The notes under the pieces: generated by a model
Told to the model about the DNA's origin: nothing
Databases searched by the model: none
The model's input: the letters and a program-made list of their open reading frames with translations, nothing else
Made by a program: the position numbers and the translations under genes
Assembly: GCA_965204375.1 (NCBI GenBank)
Contig: OZ241986.1
Location: 1,216,001 to 1,280,000 of the forward strand
Direction: 5' to 3'
Length of the DNA stretch: 64,000 nucleotides
DNA from: Candidatus Latescibacterota bacterium
Lineage (GTDB): Bacteria; Latescibacterota; UBA2968
Shown: piece after piece, positions 1 to 9,952 of the stretch
Numbering within the stretch: the stretch's first letter is position 1
Layout of the letters: each line of letters starts with the position of its first letter

Positions 1-893
1 AGTGTGGTCAAATCCCGGATGAGAGAGGCGGTATTCTCGCGTATCGCAGCAGGAGCAGTGGCGGAGGTTTCGAGGAGGGTTTCGAGGCTGCTTTCGAGTT
101 GTCCCCCCTGGGATTGGGCGATTTTGGATAGGGCTGCACACAGGTCTGAAGCGAGACATATTGCGGCGTTGGGGGCGTGAAGATCGCGGTTCGGCGCGTA
201 AAAGATCGGCATTTTCCAGAGCATGTCTTCCAATTCTCGGACTGCGGATTCCCCCAATTTGTCGGCGACTTCGCTGCGTGTGATTGCGTTGGTCGGAAGG
301 AACAAATCGAGAATGGCGCGGCGATCTTCGCTGAGTGTGTTGAGGTAGGCGTGCAGTGTTTTTGTATCGAGCAGAGCATTTCTTATGGCGTTGGATACGA
401 TGGGTTTGCGCGTGTCTGAAAGGCGCAGGCCAATCTGATCTGCAAAAGCTCGGAGCAAACCCACAGATACGGGTTTCAAGATGACGAGCAGTCGGCCCTG
501 ATCTGCATCGGGAATGGGGATGGATTTGAGCAACGATTCGGGAATGCCGATTAGAACGTCTGGATCACCCAGTGTGTGTGTGTCTCGAAATACGAGACCG
601 GTCAGGTCACTGAGTTGTGCCTGGAGACGGGGAAGAAATCCGTTGGCAAATTTTTCAACTGCTTCGGCTTCTAAAAGCTCGCCCCCTTCGGCGGCAAGGG
701 TCTGTACCATTGCGCGCTGTTCAGGCGATAGGGAACTGAGGCGTTTGGCTACGTGCTCTGGGTCGGGGAGTATGCGGCAGAGCGCGTCGGCAAGGATGGT
801 TTTGTTGCTGCCACTGGAATCAATACCCACGTCGCGGGCGAGTTGACAGAGTGTGCTGAAGGGATATTGTGTGAGTGCTGTGCGTAGTTTCAT
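1..893 (-). CDS. Partial ORF running off the window edge; hypothetical protein, possibly an XPB helicase-associated (Helicase_C_3-type) partner
   Basis: Not in the ORF track. Manual translation from ATG at 893 (MKLRTALTQYPFSTLCQLARDVGIDSSGSNKTILADALCRILPDPEHV...) stays open to the edge and contains two similar ~65-aa helical modules. Confidence 0.65.
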   Translation of the reverse strand, partial: MKLRTALTQYPFSTLCQLARDVGIDSSGSNKTILADALCRILPDPEHVAKRLSSLSPEQRAMVQTLAAEGGELLEAEAVEKFANGFLPRLQAQLSDLTGLVFRDTHTLGDPDVLIGIPESLLKSIPIPDADQGRLLVILKPVSVGLLRAFADQIGLRLSDTRKPIVSNAIRNALLDTKTLHAYLNTLSEDRRAILDLFLPTNAITRSEVADKLGESAVRELEDMLWKMPIFYAPNRDLHAPNAAICLASDLCAALSKIAQSQGGQLESSLETLLETSATAPAAIRENTASLIRDLTT

Positions 894-957
894 AGTGACA
901 GTCGTGAATGGTGGGGAGATAGGACTGGCTTTGTCTATTTAACCTTTGTTCAAAATA

Positions 958-3900
958 TTATGACCAAACATAGTCGAAACACACCAGATGCAAGTCTTCG
1001 CGTTTGAGCGAAACAGACCTTTGTATGTTGTGGTTCTCTTGCTCAGTTTCGCTTGTTGCAGAAGCGGGCACGGCATTGACCAATTGATGGATATCTTGAT
1101 GTTGTGAGAAAGCTGTGTAAGCAGATCTTAGCTCTCTAATTGCAACCTGCGCCATAGGCTGAGAAAGTTTTCTCATCGCCGATCTCACTTCCTGTCGGGA
1201 AATGGCTGGGCTGTTGAGGTAGCTGCGGAGTAGGGTGATAACATTCTGCTGAATGGGATCGAGTACCTGAGGAGCCGCTGCCACGGCCTGCTGCTCCTGC
1301 ACAGACTGCACAATATCCTCTATTACCTTTTCCTGCACGTTGAATAAATCGCAATCGCCTACTATCCTTGGAGTGTCCTGAGAGCAGGCGATGAGATTGG
1401 TAATCAAGAGACGATTGTCCTTTATCTCGTTTCGGTTTAGATCGTAGTAGCGCCAGAAGTGGCGGCGACCTTCACCGTTAGTTGCGGGTGCGGTGAAGTA
1501 GAAGAATACACCGCGCTCTCCCTTTTGGGCCAAGCCGGAATGAATACCGTCGGGCAGTTCCTCAAGCATTTTTTGAGCACCGGACTCCAGTGCATTGCGA
1601 AGCTGCTGTAATAGAAATTCATTGCTCGCTAACTCCGCGAACTGCTCCTGCTCTTCAATAACACTGTCGTCCTCGTCCATGATGCGGTTTAAAGTATTAA
1701 AATTTCGAGGGTGGACTGTTTCACCCAGTACCGAGGCGTCCAGAAATCCAGCACTATCAATATCTTCAATTTTGCGACTCAGGCTTTCCACCAGTCTCAA
1801 AAGTCGCTCCAGCCCTTCTTCGGGAAACATGTTGTAAACCCATAGTGTCTGAAACTCCGAACCTATGCGATCAATTCGTCCAGCACGCTGCACCATGCGC
1901 GTCGGATTCCAATGCAGGTCGTAATTGAGCAATATGCCACAGTCTTGGAGGTTCTGGCCTTCAGATAAAACATCCGTGGAGATCAGTATATCGATTTCGT
2001 TTTCAGAATTGATTAACTCCTCTTTGCTGTTTGAGCGCGGGGCAAACGCCTCAATAAGTCGTCTGCGATCTTTAGGCGAATTACCGCCGTCCATGCGGCG
2101 AATGAGCGGATTGCCAGCCTTCTTCCTGAATTTCTCGTTGTGTTCTCCAATTAACTCTCGATAGATATATCGTGCAGTGTCCCGGTAGTACGAAAAAACG
2201 ATGACTTTCTCGCCTTTTAGTTCTTGAGAGAGGAGTGTCTTAAGCGTTGTTAGTTTAGCATCCTGATCTGGTTTGATATCGCGAATTAAATGCCAAATTT
2301 TGGTCAGTGCATCTATATCGTATTGTAGCGATTCGTGTAGGCGTCCGAGATCGTACTGTTCAGGGTCTAATATTGGCAGGCTTTCCAGAATTTGTCGCGC
2401 CTCCTCGTTATCGTCCAACTCATTGGCTATACTGGAAGGGGTGCTGTCGTCCTCCTCATTCTCACGATTGAGGAAGCGCATAGCGTGACGAAATGATGTA
2501 CTATTCAATAGCCTGTCGTCCGAAAGATAGCTCTTAAAGGTCGTGGTGAACTCCAGGGCACGTTTTACACTAATGCGAAAGGCTTCTACACTTGACTCAA
2601 AACGCTTCAGGTAGCGGCTTCTAAAAATGCCAGCCAGTGCTACTTCCCTACCTTGTTCAAACGTATCTCTCTCAACGCCCACTTTCTTGTAGGTTTCCAA
2701 CTGATAGGGTGCAAGGCGCAGATTATCTATGGCGTTAACAATTTGTTCATAGATTCCAGCGTATAAGGACTCCAGATCGTAGCGAACAGTCTTGAGCTTG
2801 CGCTCGGGCCATTTTATGGCCTTGCCTTGAATGGTGGCTTCGGGATACGTCTTGCGAATGAACGCTCTGGTACGTCGGATCACGACCTCCTCAAGCAGAT
2901 TAAAGAGCGCAGTACCCATGCGGTGATCGGCTGTATTCTGACGGGCGCGGAGGAAGAACCTGCGTAGATCACCAATTCCCGCGCCAGCGAAGTAGCTTAG
3001 ATCTCCACCTGTGAACAGGTTAATCTGGTTATACAGATCAAAGATATTGTTGTTAATGGGGGTGGCGGTAAGCATGATCAGTTTCTTGCGTCCGCTATCC
3101 TTACCTCTCCTACCATTACCGCTAAGAATGCGCTCAAGATTTTCGTAGCGCTGAGTGTTACTGTTGCGGAAGTTATGAGATTCGTCGATCAGCACCACAT
3201 CCGCATCAGCGTTTTCTTGAGTGTCAAAATCAGCCTGTCCAAGCTCTTCTTGAGAGATGACATTGGCTGAGATAGTAGCGCTTAGCAGCTCATCGTTCCA
3301 CATCTGCCTCAAGGATGCAGGACAGATTACGAGTGCCTTTTGGCGCAGGTGATAGGCGTAGTCTTCCAGCAACTTCTTGCCGATCCAGGTCTTGCCCAGT
3401 CCCACAGAATCGCCAATTAATACACCATCATAGCGTGCCAAAATTTTGCGGGCCTTTTTAACCGCATCTTCTTGAAATTCAGACAGTTCAATGACTGATC
3501 GCGTAGAAGTCGGCATATCGGATTCGAGGTCATCTTTGAAGTACTCGAAAAGGGCCTTCAAATAAACTTGATAAGGCGTGTATTCCTTCTCGCCAAACTT
3601 GGAGGCATCCAGCAGTTCTATGAGGTCGTTTTTGAAATCGCGGGACTGCTTCCAATGCGTTTGGAACCATCTGTCTAATTCGGAGATAGCCTGAGCACCT
3701 ACGCCGCTTGCTAATTGACGACGAAGCTCCATCTCCTCTCGTCCATCAACCGACGGTGGACCTATCTGAGTGATTTCCTCTTCGGCAAGCATTGTCTTGT
3801 GGGAGAGGTTGAGTTCTTTGTTGGTAGTGAGCCCAGCGCCTGTAAAGTTGCTGGAGCCGACAATGGCTGCGACAGGCTGAAAGCGGTCCGCACCACCTAC

Positions 3901-4578
3901 AGGGAGATCGCCGTAGAAGAGGTAAGTCTTGGCGTGGAGGAATCCGCGCTGGTAGGCACGCACCTCCACCAGATCACGACGCAAGAAGGCGATGAGATCT
4001 TCAACGGCTCGGAGGGTGGTTTCATCAAAGGGGGTAGCATTCAGTTCATCTGCCAACCCGAGGGCAGCCCGTGGATGCAATCCTACTGTCTCACCATCCT
4101 TTGGTTCGTCGCCGAGCAGCAGGCGAAAGCTACCAAGCCCTTTTAAGCCTTCCTGAAGCAATGTGAAGCCGCGGACGTTGAAATAGGCTGTGGCGATATC
4201 GAGGGACTTGCCAGAGTGTTCCGCCAAAATTTTATTGAGCACGTTGGCCAAGCGGTGCTTCTCGTTGTCTATGACGTAAGGTATGTGCGCGGGCGACTTC
4301 GTCCAGAATCGGTAATTGGATATGTCCTCTCTGTTTGCCAGACGTACCTGAGATGCCAAAACGGTGGCAATGGCAACTGTCCCACCATCTGGATTGAGAA
4401 ACTCCACCTCAAAGGCTTCTCCATTACCCTGTACATACACAATTGTGCCGACATCGCCCACTTTCAAACCTTTCTTTGGATTGCCATTCTTGATTAGTGG
4501 GCTACCAGATGGTATATCCCATGTGTGATCGACCAGAATTTCAGTTGTAAGCACTACAACGTCTAATTCTTTGAACAT
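958..4578 (-). CDS. DUF4926-like / phospholipase-D-family nuclease / SNF2-type SF2 helicase fusion
   Basis: N-terminal ELDVVVL...GLKVGDVGTIV...EAFEVEF (DUF4926-like); PLD motifs LHAKTY and GSSNFT...NKELN; helicase motifs DSVGLGKT, DESH, LTATP and SEGQNLQ...NYDLHWNPTRMVQRAGRIDR; AGGAGA RBS. Confidence 0.9.
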   Translation of the reverse strand: MFKELDVVVLTTEILVDHTWDIPSGSPLIKNGNPKKGLKVGDVGTIVYVQGNGEAFEVEFLNPDGGTVAIATVLASQVRLANREDISNYRFWTKSPAHIPYVIDNEKHRLANVLNKILAEHSGKSLDIATAYFNVRGFTLLQEGLKGLGSFRLLLGDEPKDGETVGLHPRAALGLADELNATPFDETTLRAVEDLIAFLRRDLVEVRAYQRGFLHAKTYLFYGDLPVGGADRFQPVAAIVGSSNFTGAGLTTNKELNLSHKTMLAEEEITQIGPPSVDGREEMELRRQLASGVGAQAISELDRWFQTHWKQSRDFKNDLIELLDASKFGEKEYTPYQVYLKALFEYFKDDLESDMPTSTRSVIELSEFQEDAVKKARKILARYDGVLIGDSVGLGKTWIGKKLLEDYAYHLRQKALVICPASLRQMWNDELLSATISANVISQEELGQADFDTQENADADVVLIDESHNFRNSNTQRYENLERILSGNGRRGKDSGRKKLIMLTATPINNNIFDLYNQINLFTGGDLSYFAGAGIGDLRRFFLRARQNTADHRMGTALFNLLEEVVIRRTRAFIRKTYPEATIQGKAIKWPERKLKTVRYDLESLYAGIYEQIVNAIDNLRLAPYQLETYKKVGVERDTFEQGREVALAGIFRSRYLKRFESSVEAFRISVKRALEFTTTFKSYLSDDRLLNSTSFRHAMRFLNRENEEDDSTPSSIANELDDNEEARQILESLPILDPEQYDLGRLHESLQYDIDALTKIWHLIRDIKPDQDAKLTTLKTLLSQELKGEKVIVFSYYRDTARYIYRELIGEHNEKFRKKAGNPLIRRMDGGNSPKDRRRLIEAFAPRSNSKEELINSENEIDILISTDVLSEGQNLQDCGILLNYDLHWNPTRMVQRAGRIDRIGSEFQTLWVYNMFPEEGLERLLRLVESLSRKIEDIDSAGFLDASVLGETVHPRNFNTLNRIMDEDDSVIEEQEQFAELASNEFLLQQLRNALESGAQKMLEELPDGIHSGLAQKGERGVFFYFTAPATNGEGRRHFWRYYDLNRNEIKDNRLLITNLIACSQDTPRIVGDCDLFNVQEKVIEDIVQSVQEQQAVAAAPQVLDPIQQNVITLLRSYLNSPAISRQEVRSAMRKLSQPMAQVAIRELRSAYTAFSQHQDIHQLVNAVPASATSETEQENHNIQRSVSLKREDLHLVCFDYVWS

Positions 4579-4691
4579 ATTTGTCTCCTAATCAGCCGAA
4601 TGGATAAGCTCAATTACAATCCTCTATATGTGGTACGTCAACTATGCTTATGTATTTTATCTGCACTACACTGAGGGGATTGATCCGGCTA

Positions 4692-5594
4692 TTAGCGTAG
4701 CAATTCCCTCAGTTCGTCTGGAGTTAGAAGTTTGTTGCCTCTATGCAACATTCTATGGCAGTTAGCACACACAGTAACCGCTTCGTCTATAGTGGATATC
4801 CGCCGTCCTCTAAGGACACTAAACGGCACTAGATGATGACACTCTGCAAAATTCTTCCCTATCTCACCATAGGTTTCAAAGAAGTTAAACTCACAGACCA
4901 CACAGGTGTAATTATCCCGCTCCTTAACCTCTCTTGCTAAATCTGGATTCCTGCGAGTCATCTCTGAGATAATTTCCTGCGTATCCCCCTCTTCAAAATC
5001 GTCCAAGCGCCTCCGCCTGCCTTTGCGTGGGAGAGGTTTAACTCTGCCACTCGTCTCTGCATCTGAGGAGGTGACTATCTGGGAATCCTCATAAACGAGC
5101 TTTTTTTCATAAATGCCGGCCTGAGAGTCATTGCGGGAGTCTAAAATAGCATTGACCAAAGCATTCGGCATCTGGGACTGGATCCTGTCTATAGAAAGTA
5201 CACGAGCGTGAAAGCGATCTTGTTTATCCCGTAGGAAGATGATAAATTGCTTCGGCTGCTGGTTACTATCAAGTAGATCAACAGAATTTTTCCAAAGTGG
5301 GTACCTCATTGAGGATGTAGGTGCTTGAGCTGGGATGCGACATTCACCGGAACGTTGATTTTCAAGAGGGTTTTCGGAAAAACTAATCAATTGTGCCTCA
5401 TAATTATCGTACTTTTCTAGTCGGAATGTCCATTCATTTATCTCTTTTTTTACAGATGAAAGTGAAAAAAATTGTGTGATTTGTTCAGCACTGTTGCCGA
5501 AGGCAATATGCACCTGCCCTCCAACTTGAACTCCGTGTATGACTTGGGTGCTGTATGGGTGTAGCCAAATCCATAACAATTTTTGGACTATCAT
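4692..5594 (-). CDS. HNH endonuclease, McrA-like (possible type IV restriction enzyme), with unassigned N-terminal domain
   Basis: CVVC...ECHHLVP...CANCHRMLH zinc-binding HNH motif; TAATG stop/start overlap with the methyltransferase. Confidence 0.85.
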   Translation of the reverse strand: MIVQKLLWIWLHPYSTQVIHGVQVGGQVHIAFGNSAEQITQFFSLSSVKKEINEWTFRLEKYDNYEAQLISFSENPLENQRSGECRIPAQAPTSSMRYPLWKNSVDLLDSNQQPKQFIIFLRDKQDRFHARVLSIDRIQSQMPNALVNAILDSRNDSQAGIYEKKLVYEDSQIVTSSDAETSGRVKPLPRKGRRRRLDDFEEGDTQEIISEMTRRNPDLAREVKERDNYTCVVCEFNFFETYGEIGKNFAECHHLVPFSVLRGRRISTIDEAVTVCANCHRMLHRGNKLLTPDELRELLR

Positions 5595-8500
5595 TACTTG
5601 ACCTCCACGTCGTAAACATACGATTTCATCAGACGTTGAGTCACCATTTTTGAAGCACCGTACAGCTCAGCAACGCGAGTTTCAGCCATCTGGCGCAAAG
5701 GTCCGTGGAGGGCTTGCTTGTCGGATGCTATCTGGCGACCAAATCGAATTAAAGTCGGATCGCGCAAGGCTGCAAGTGGAATAGGAAGGTGATTAATCTG
5801 AGAAATCCTAATATATGGGAACAACTCATCATCACTGTTGAACATCTGGCGATAGGCCGCTCGCAAGACGGTACTATTGAGTACTACGGTTAGGGCAAAA
5901 GGATCGTAACGTGCTGATGAATGCGCTACGTACAGCGTATTCAGTACGTAAGCACCTGTTGTATCTACGGCAGCGATGGGAAGCGAGGCAACTCGGCGCA
6001 ATATTAGTTTTGGTGTTGTGGTGTAAAGTGAATGTTTTTTAAATTTTGAAACTGCATCTCTATCAGGTTTGATATAGCCTGCGTTTCTAGCGACGTAGGC
6101 TTCAGCGGTTTCCCCAAAAATCACGGGGTACGTGTCGTTCATCGGCCACTCCACGATGCTTTTATCCCGTTTCCCAACTTCCGCGCCCCGTGTCCAAGAA
6201 ACGACATCACCAAGTACTGTGAGATTACCATTCTGCCGCCCCTTGAGGAGCACAGCCATAAATTCTGGATCGACAAGATAGCTGAACGCCATGAATGGTA
6301 AGTTTCGAATCAAAGGCTTTGATATTTGTTTATAAGGCAATAGTGCATTCCCATTGCGTCCATCCGAAATGGATACAGGAGAGTTGGTAGGGTTTCGTTT
6401 CCATACTACTGCTACAGCTGCCTCAACTCCAGCATCTGGGAAGCACTGACCGCATGGAGCATAGTCAGAGGTATCAAAGCTACAGATAAGCATATCGCGG
6501 AACTTCTCGTAGTTTTCTGACAAAAAGAAAGGTTTTGGTACAATCAGCCCTACTGGCCTATCCGTTTTAAGCAACGCCCCAAGTGCTTGCTCGTAGAATA
6601 GTTCTCCCATGTCCCACTGGCCTGACGCCAAGCGATACCTCGCTTTTGCGAAGTTGCTGAAATCCGGTTTTATTCCTCTTTTGACATTGATATAAGGTGG
6701 ATTTCCCACCACGACATCGAACCCCTGTTCGTCTCTGCTTTTCCACCGGCCGCCTTTCAAATCAACGAATGCCTCTGGAAACTCCAGGTCCCAATGAAAA
6801 AAGCCTTTCTTTTCATGTATTTCAGCAGCTTTGTCGATGGTTTCGCGGTATTTGGGCGGCAGAGTGCTACGCCCTTCAGGACGTATTTGTTCCACTAAAT
6901 TAGATCCTGATAAGGTCAGGTATTCCTCAGCAAACTTGTTATTATAGTCGCGGCTAACCCAAATATTGAGCGCAGTCTTATACGGAGCTTGGCTCTGTTC
7001 AAAGTCTGTAAAAAGATTGCGGCTATTCTCGATTTCTGCCGCTGTAGCATCGGGTATGCGCCGTAGTTTCTCAATTGTTGCTGTACCAGCGAGAAGCCCC
7101 TGGAAGGGGCCACCGAATAGGTCTGCCACATGGCCCTTATTCCGATTCGCCAATTCGGCCTGCACTTCCTGCACCGTCGTACCGATGAGCGAGTTTCCGC
7201 ACTTCAGATGGTGATCCAAAAATGAAAGCGGTGCCCCAATAGTAAAACAGTCCAACCACAGCGATACCTTGGCCAACTCTACGGCCATGGGGTTCAAATC
7301 AACGCCATATACGCAACGCTTGAGCACATGGCGTTTTAACAAGTTAATGTCGGTCAGGCGACTGGTGTCAAACGAAACTCTCTGTCGCTCCATCTCCGAA
7401 ATGATAGCTTGGCGAGTATTATCGAGAAACGTCGTCACAGGATTCCAGGGAAATGCTCTTAAAAAGCCCTCACGCTCTCCGAGGATACAGTCACATATAA
7501 AGTCCACAGTTTCTACCAGAAAGTGCCCTGAACCCATCGCTGGATCGAGAACCCGCAGGTCGAATAACTCATCCACAAGGGATTGGTAAGTATTTGCAAC
7601 CTTGTTCGGGTCGTCTGGTCGCAAACCTTGTTTTTTGAGAACCTCTGCTTGTTGGAGCTTCTTGTGGTATCTCTCCTGAGCTTGTCGAAACTTGGGGCGC
7701 AGTTTTTCAAACTTTTCTTCGAGCACAGGTCCCACAGTGTTTTCGAGGATGTACTTCACGATATGTTCGGGGGTATAGTAAGAGCCGGTGGCTTTGCGCT
7801 CTCGCCGATCATTTTCGAGGTACACATCGCCGGGCTGGTACACGCGCTCTTGGGCGTTGTGTCCTCTACCGATGGTCAAAACCTTCTTCGCCTCTTTGTA
7901 GGGGATGACCTCTTCGGTCCGCTTGCCCTTGACTACGGCCATCTTCTCAGAAGCAATGCGGATTTTGAATTCCAATAGCCCTTCATATATAGAGCCAAGT
8001 TGCCGCACACCTAAGGACTTGTAATCAATGAAAACAAGGTCTTGCCGCTTGTCGTCCAAATCTCGTGTTAGCAAGTCCAACCCCTTAGCAAGGTAGCGGT
8101 CAGGAATTTTGTTCTTTTGCAAAAAACGGGCAGTTTCCGCTTCCGAACTACTATCTTCTGGCTGAGGCTCTGTAATAAAAAGGCCACCATTATATAGAGG
8201 GACGTTTAGTTCCCGGCTTCCACGATCAATGACAGCGAATAACTTCATCAGCCTGTCGTACAGGTCGGTGGCGTCGGTGCGATATGCTGCATCGAGATTT
8301 ATGGGAGCTTCGTCGTAGATGTTTCCCGCCTTCTCTGCTATATCTTCTTTGAGTCTGGTGAGACTATACTCAAAGTATCCTCGCTGTTCACGAACCGGCA
8401 GTAGGCCACGAGCCTCTGCGTAGAGCAAGAATAGCAGGCGGTAAAGCAGGGTTAGTGTCCCCTCGAACACCAAACGGCGGAATGTCTCATTCGGTTCCTG

Positions 8501-9850
8501 TTTAAGAGATAATTGCTGTGCAACTGGAAACAGCATTTTCTGCTGAGGGTCGGCGATACCTGGCTGCCTTTTCAGGTGTTCGATAAAGCCTTCTGCGAAG
8601 TGAGGAAATACCTGATCGAATACTCGTTCTTTCAGACGATCACCCAGCTCCTTGGCATAGGTCTCACTTTCTTCCAGAAGTTTATCCAAAAAGCAAATTT
8701 GCTGAGGTTGACCATCGCGTATCTGTTCTTCAGGCACAAAAGCGGCGGCGCGGAAGAACAGATAGAAGTAGCGGAAGGCTTCACGGGGATCATCCATTGC
8801 CAAAGTCTCTTCAAGGTCAATCTCATAGTAGTTGGTTGCACGAGAATGTGTGCGTGCGGAGTAGAGACGCCAGAGTTTGCCATTGGTCACAATAGCCCAG
8901 GGGGCTTCGCCCGCTTCAAGGACAGTGACCACACGCGCGCCAGGATTCTCTTCGGGAGAATCTGTGTCGCGGGTCTCATCGCGTCCGTCAAGGTAACGAT
9001 TCCAATTATAGGCCAGACAGACAGCAATAGGATTGTCGGAATTAGAAGGAATAAAAAGAGAATAGTCGGCTCTTTCCTCTGAGCTATCATCCGCTGGGAT
9101 AGCATGGAAACCAAGAGCATTAAAAGCTGGCTCTAAGAGGTTTTGCTTTGTGGTTTGGCTATCAGCAGCTAAGTTAGCGCGAAAGTCTGTAAATAGTGCT
9201 CGAAAACGGTGGTATATCGTCTCAGGGCGATCCTGCCACTCTTGTAAGTCGGGGAGTCGCTCACTCAGATAATAGTCAGAAAACAAGGCGCGATTGTTGA
9301 ACAACGGTTCGGACCATTCGGCGATAGTATAGGCTGACAGCAGTTTATCGTACTGAGCATCCGAGTCCGCCTCGGTACAAGTGAAACGCCTGAGGACCCG
9401 TAGATCGACCTTCGATGGATTTCGTCTGTTGACCGTAAGGGTGCGTGGCATAACGGATACCTGGCTTTGAGAGAAATTTGAACTGCTCAGTTGGGGCAGA
9501 ATTCTTTCGAGCAGAACGAAGTCTATTCTCTCATAGTCATTCGTGAGAACAAGAAGATAGTTGCCCATCCTGTTCCTGAAGGCACGAGCCAGACTTTGTG
9601 TGGCTGCAACCGTGACGGAGGTCAATTCCACAAGATAAACATAAAGTGGCTCCGCTCCATCATCCTGAACGGCGAGTTGTTCTATATACTTGATTTGATG
9701 CTGAAGCGATGCCGCTGTGATGCCCAGGGCGGTAGCTGTCTGCGGCAAACGCACTTCTGTGTTATAACGGAGTGCGGCAAAGAAAGATGCTATGCCTTCC
9801 CTACTACTTAATGTCTGAATATCATTAAACTTCAGATTCTTGTCGTTCAT
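5594..9850 (-). CDS. Eco57I/type IIG-like N6-adenine DNA methyltransferase with C-terminal target-recognition domain
   Basis: LGSIYEGLLE, RKATGSYYTP, LDPAMGSGHFL, YGVDLNPMAVELAK, GNSL, FDVVVGNPPY; ATG at 9850 follows GGAGGA. Confidence 0.92.
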   Translation of the reverse strand: MNDKNLKFNDIQTLSSREGIASFFAALRYNTEVRLPQTATALGITAASLQHQIKYIEQLAVQDDGAEPLYVYLVELTSVTVAATQSLARAFRNRMGNYLLVLTNDYERIDFVLLERILPQLSSSNFSQSQVSVMPRTLTVNRRNPSKVDLRVLRRFTCTEADSDAQYDKLLSAYTIAEWSEPLFNNRALFSDYYLSERLPDLQEWQDRPETIYHRFRALFTDFRANLAADSQTTKQNLLEPAFNALGFHAIPADDSSEERADYSLFIPSNSDNPIAVCLAYNWNRYLDGRDETRDTDSPEENPGARVVTVLEAGEAPWAIVTNGKLWRLYSARTHSRATNYYEIDLEETLAMDDPREAFRYFYLFFRAAAFVPEEQIRDGQPQQICFLDKLLEESETYAKELGDRLKERVFDQVFPHFAEGFIEHLKRQPGIADPQQKMLFPVAQQLSLKQEPNETFRRLVFEGTLTLLYRLLFLLYAEARGLLPVREQRGYFEYSLTRLKEDIAEKAGNIYDEAPINLDAAYRTDATDLYDRLMKLFAVIDRGSRELNVPLYNGGLFITEPQPEDSSSEAETARFLQKNKIPDRYLAKGLDLLTRDLDDKRQDLVFIDYKSLGVRQLGSIYEGLLEFKIRIASEKMAVVKGKRTEEVIPYKEAKKVLTIGRGHNAQERVYQPGDVYLENDRRERKATGSYYTPEHIVKYILENTVGPVLEEKFEKLRPKFRQAQERYHKKLQQAEVLKKQGLRPDDPNKVANTYQSLVDELFDLRVLDPAMGSGHFLVETVDFICDCILGEREGFLRAFPWNPVTTFLDNTRQAIISEMERQRVSFDTSRLTDINLLKRHVLKRCVYGVDLNPMAVELAKVSLWLDCFTIGAPLSFLDHHLKCGNSLIGTTVQEVQAELANRNKGHVADLFGGPFQGLLAGTATIEKLRRIPDATAAEIENSRNLFTDFEQSQAPYKTALNIWVSRDYNNKFAEEYLTLSGSNLVEQIRPEGRSTLPPKYRETIDKAAEIHEKKGFFHWDLEFPEAFVDLKGGRWKSRDEQGFDVVVGNPPYINVKRGIKPDFSNFAKARYRLASGQWDMGELFYEQALGALLKTDRPVGLIVPKPFFLSENYEKFRDMLICSFDTSDYAPCGQCFPDAGVEAAVAVVWKRNPTNSPVSISDGRNGNALLPYKQISKPLIRNLPFMAFSYLVDPEFMAVLLKGRQNGNLTVLGDVVSWTRGAEVGKRDKSIVEWPMNDTYPVIFGETAEAYVARNAGYIKPDRDAVSKFKKHSLYTTTPKLILRRVASLPIAAVDTTGAYVLNTLYVAHSSARYDPFALTVVLNSTVLRAAYRQMFNSDDELFPYIRISQINHLPIPLAALRDPTLIRFGRQIASDKQALHGPLRQMAETRVAELYGASKMVTQRLMKSYVYDVEVK

Positions 9851-9952
9851 AAGTCCTCCGAGTGTTCTTGACGGACTTAGGGATGCAAGCACAGATTGTA
9901 GGATAAAACAGAGACGTATCTAAGTCTTTGTAATAGCAGTGAATAGTGTGGC

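Noticed and set aside
894-957. attR-like duplicate of the tRNA-Ala 3' end at the far side of the defence island
   Set aside because: No copy of the tRNA 3' sequence is visible and no integrase is present, so the region cannot be called an integrative element.
958-9850. Calling the locus DISARM or BREX
   Set aside because: No drmA/drmB, pglZ or brxC genes are in the window.
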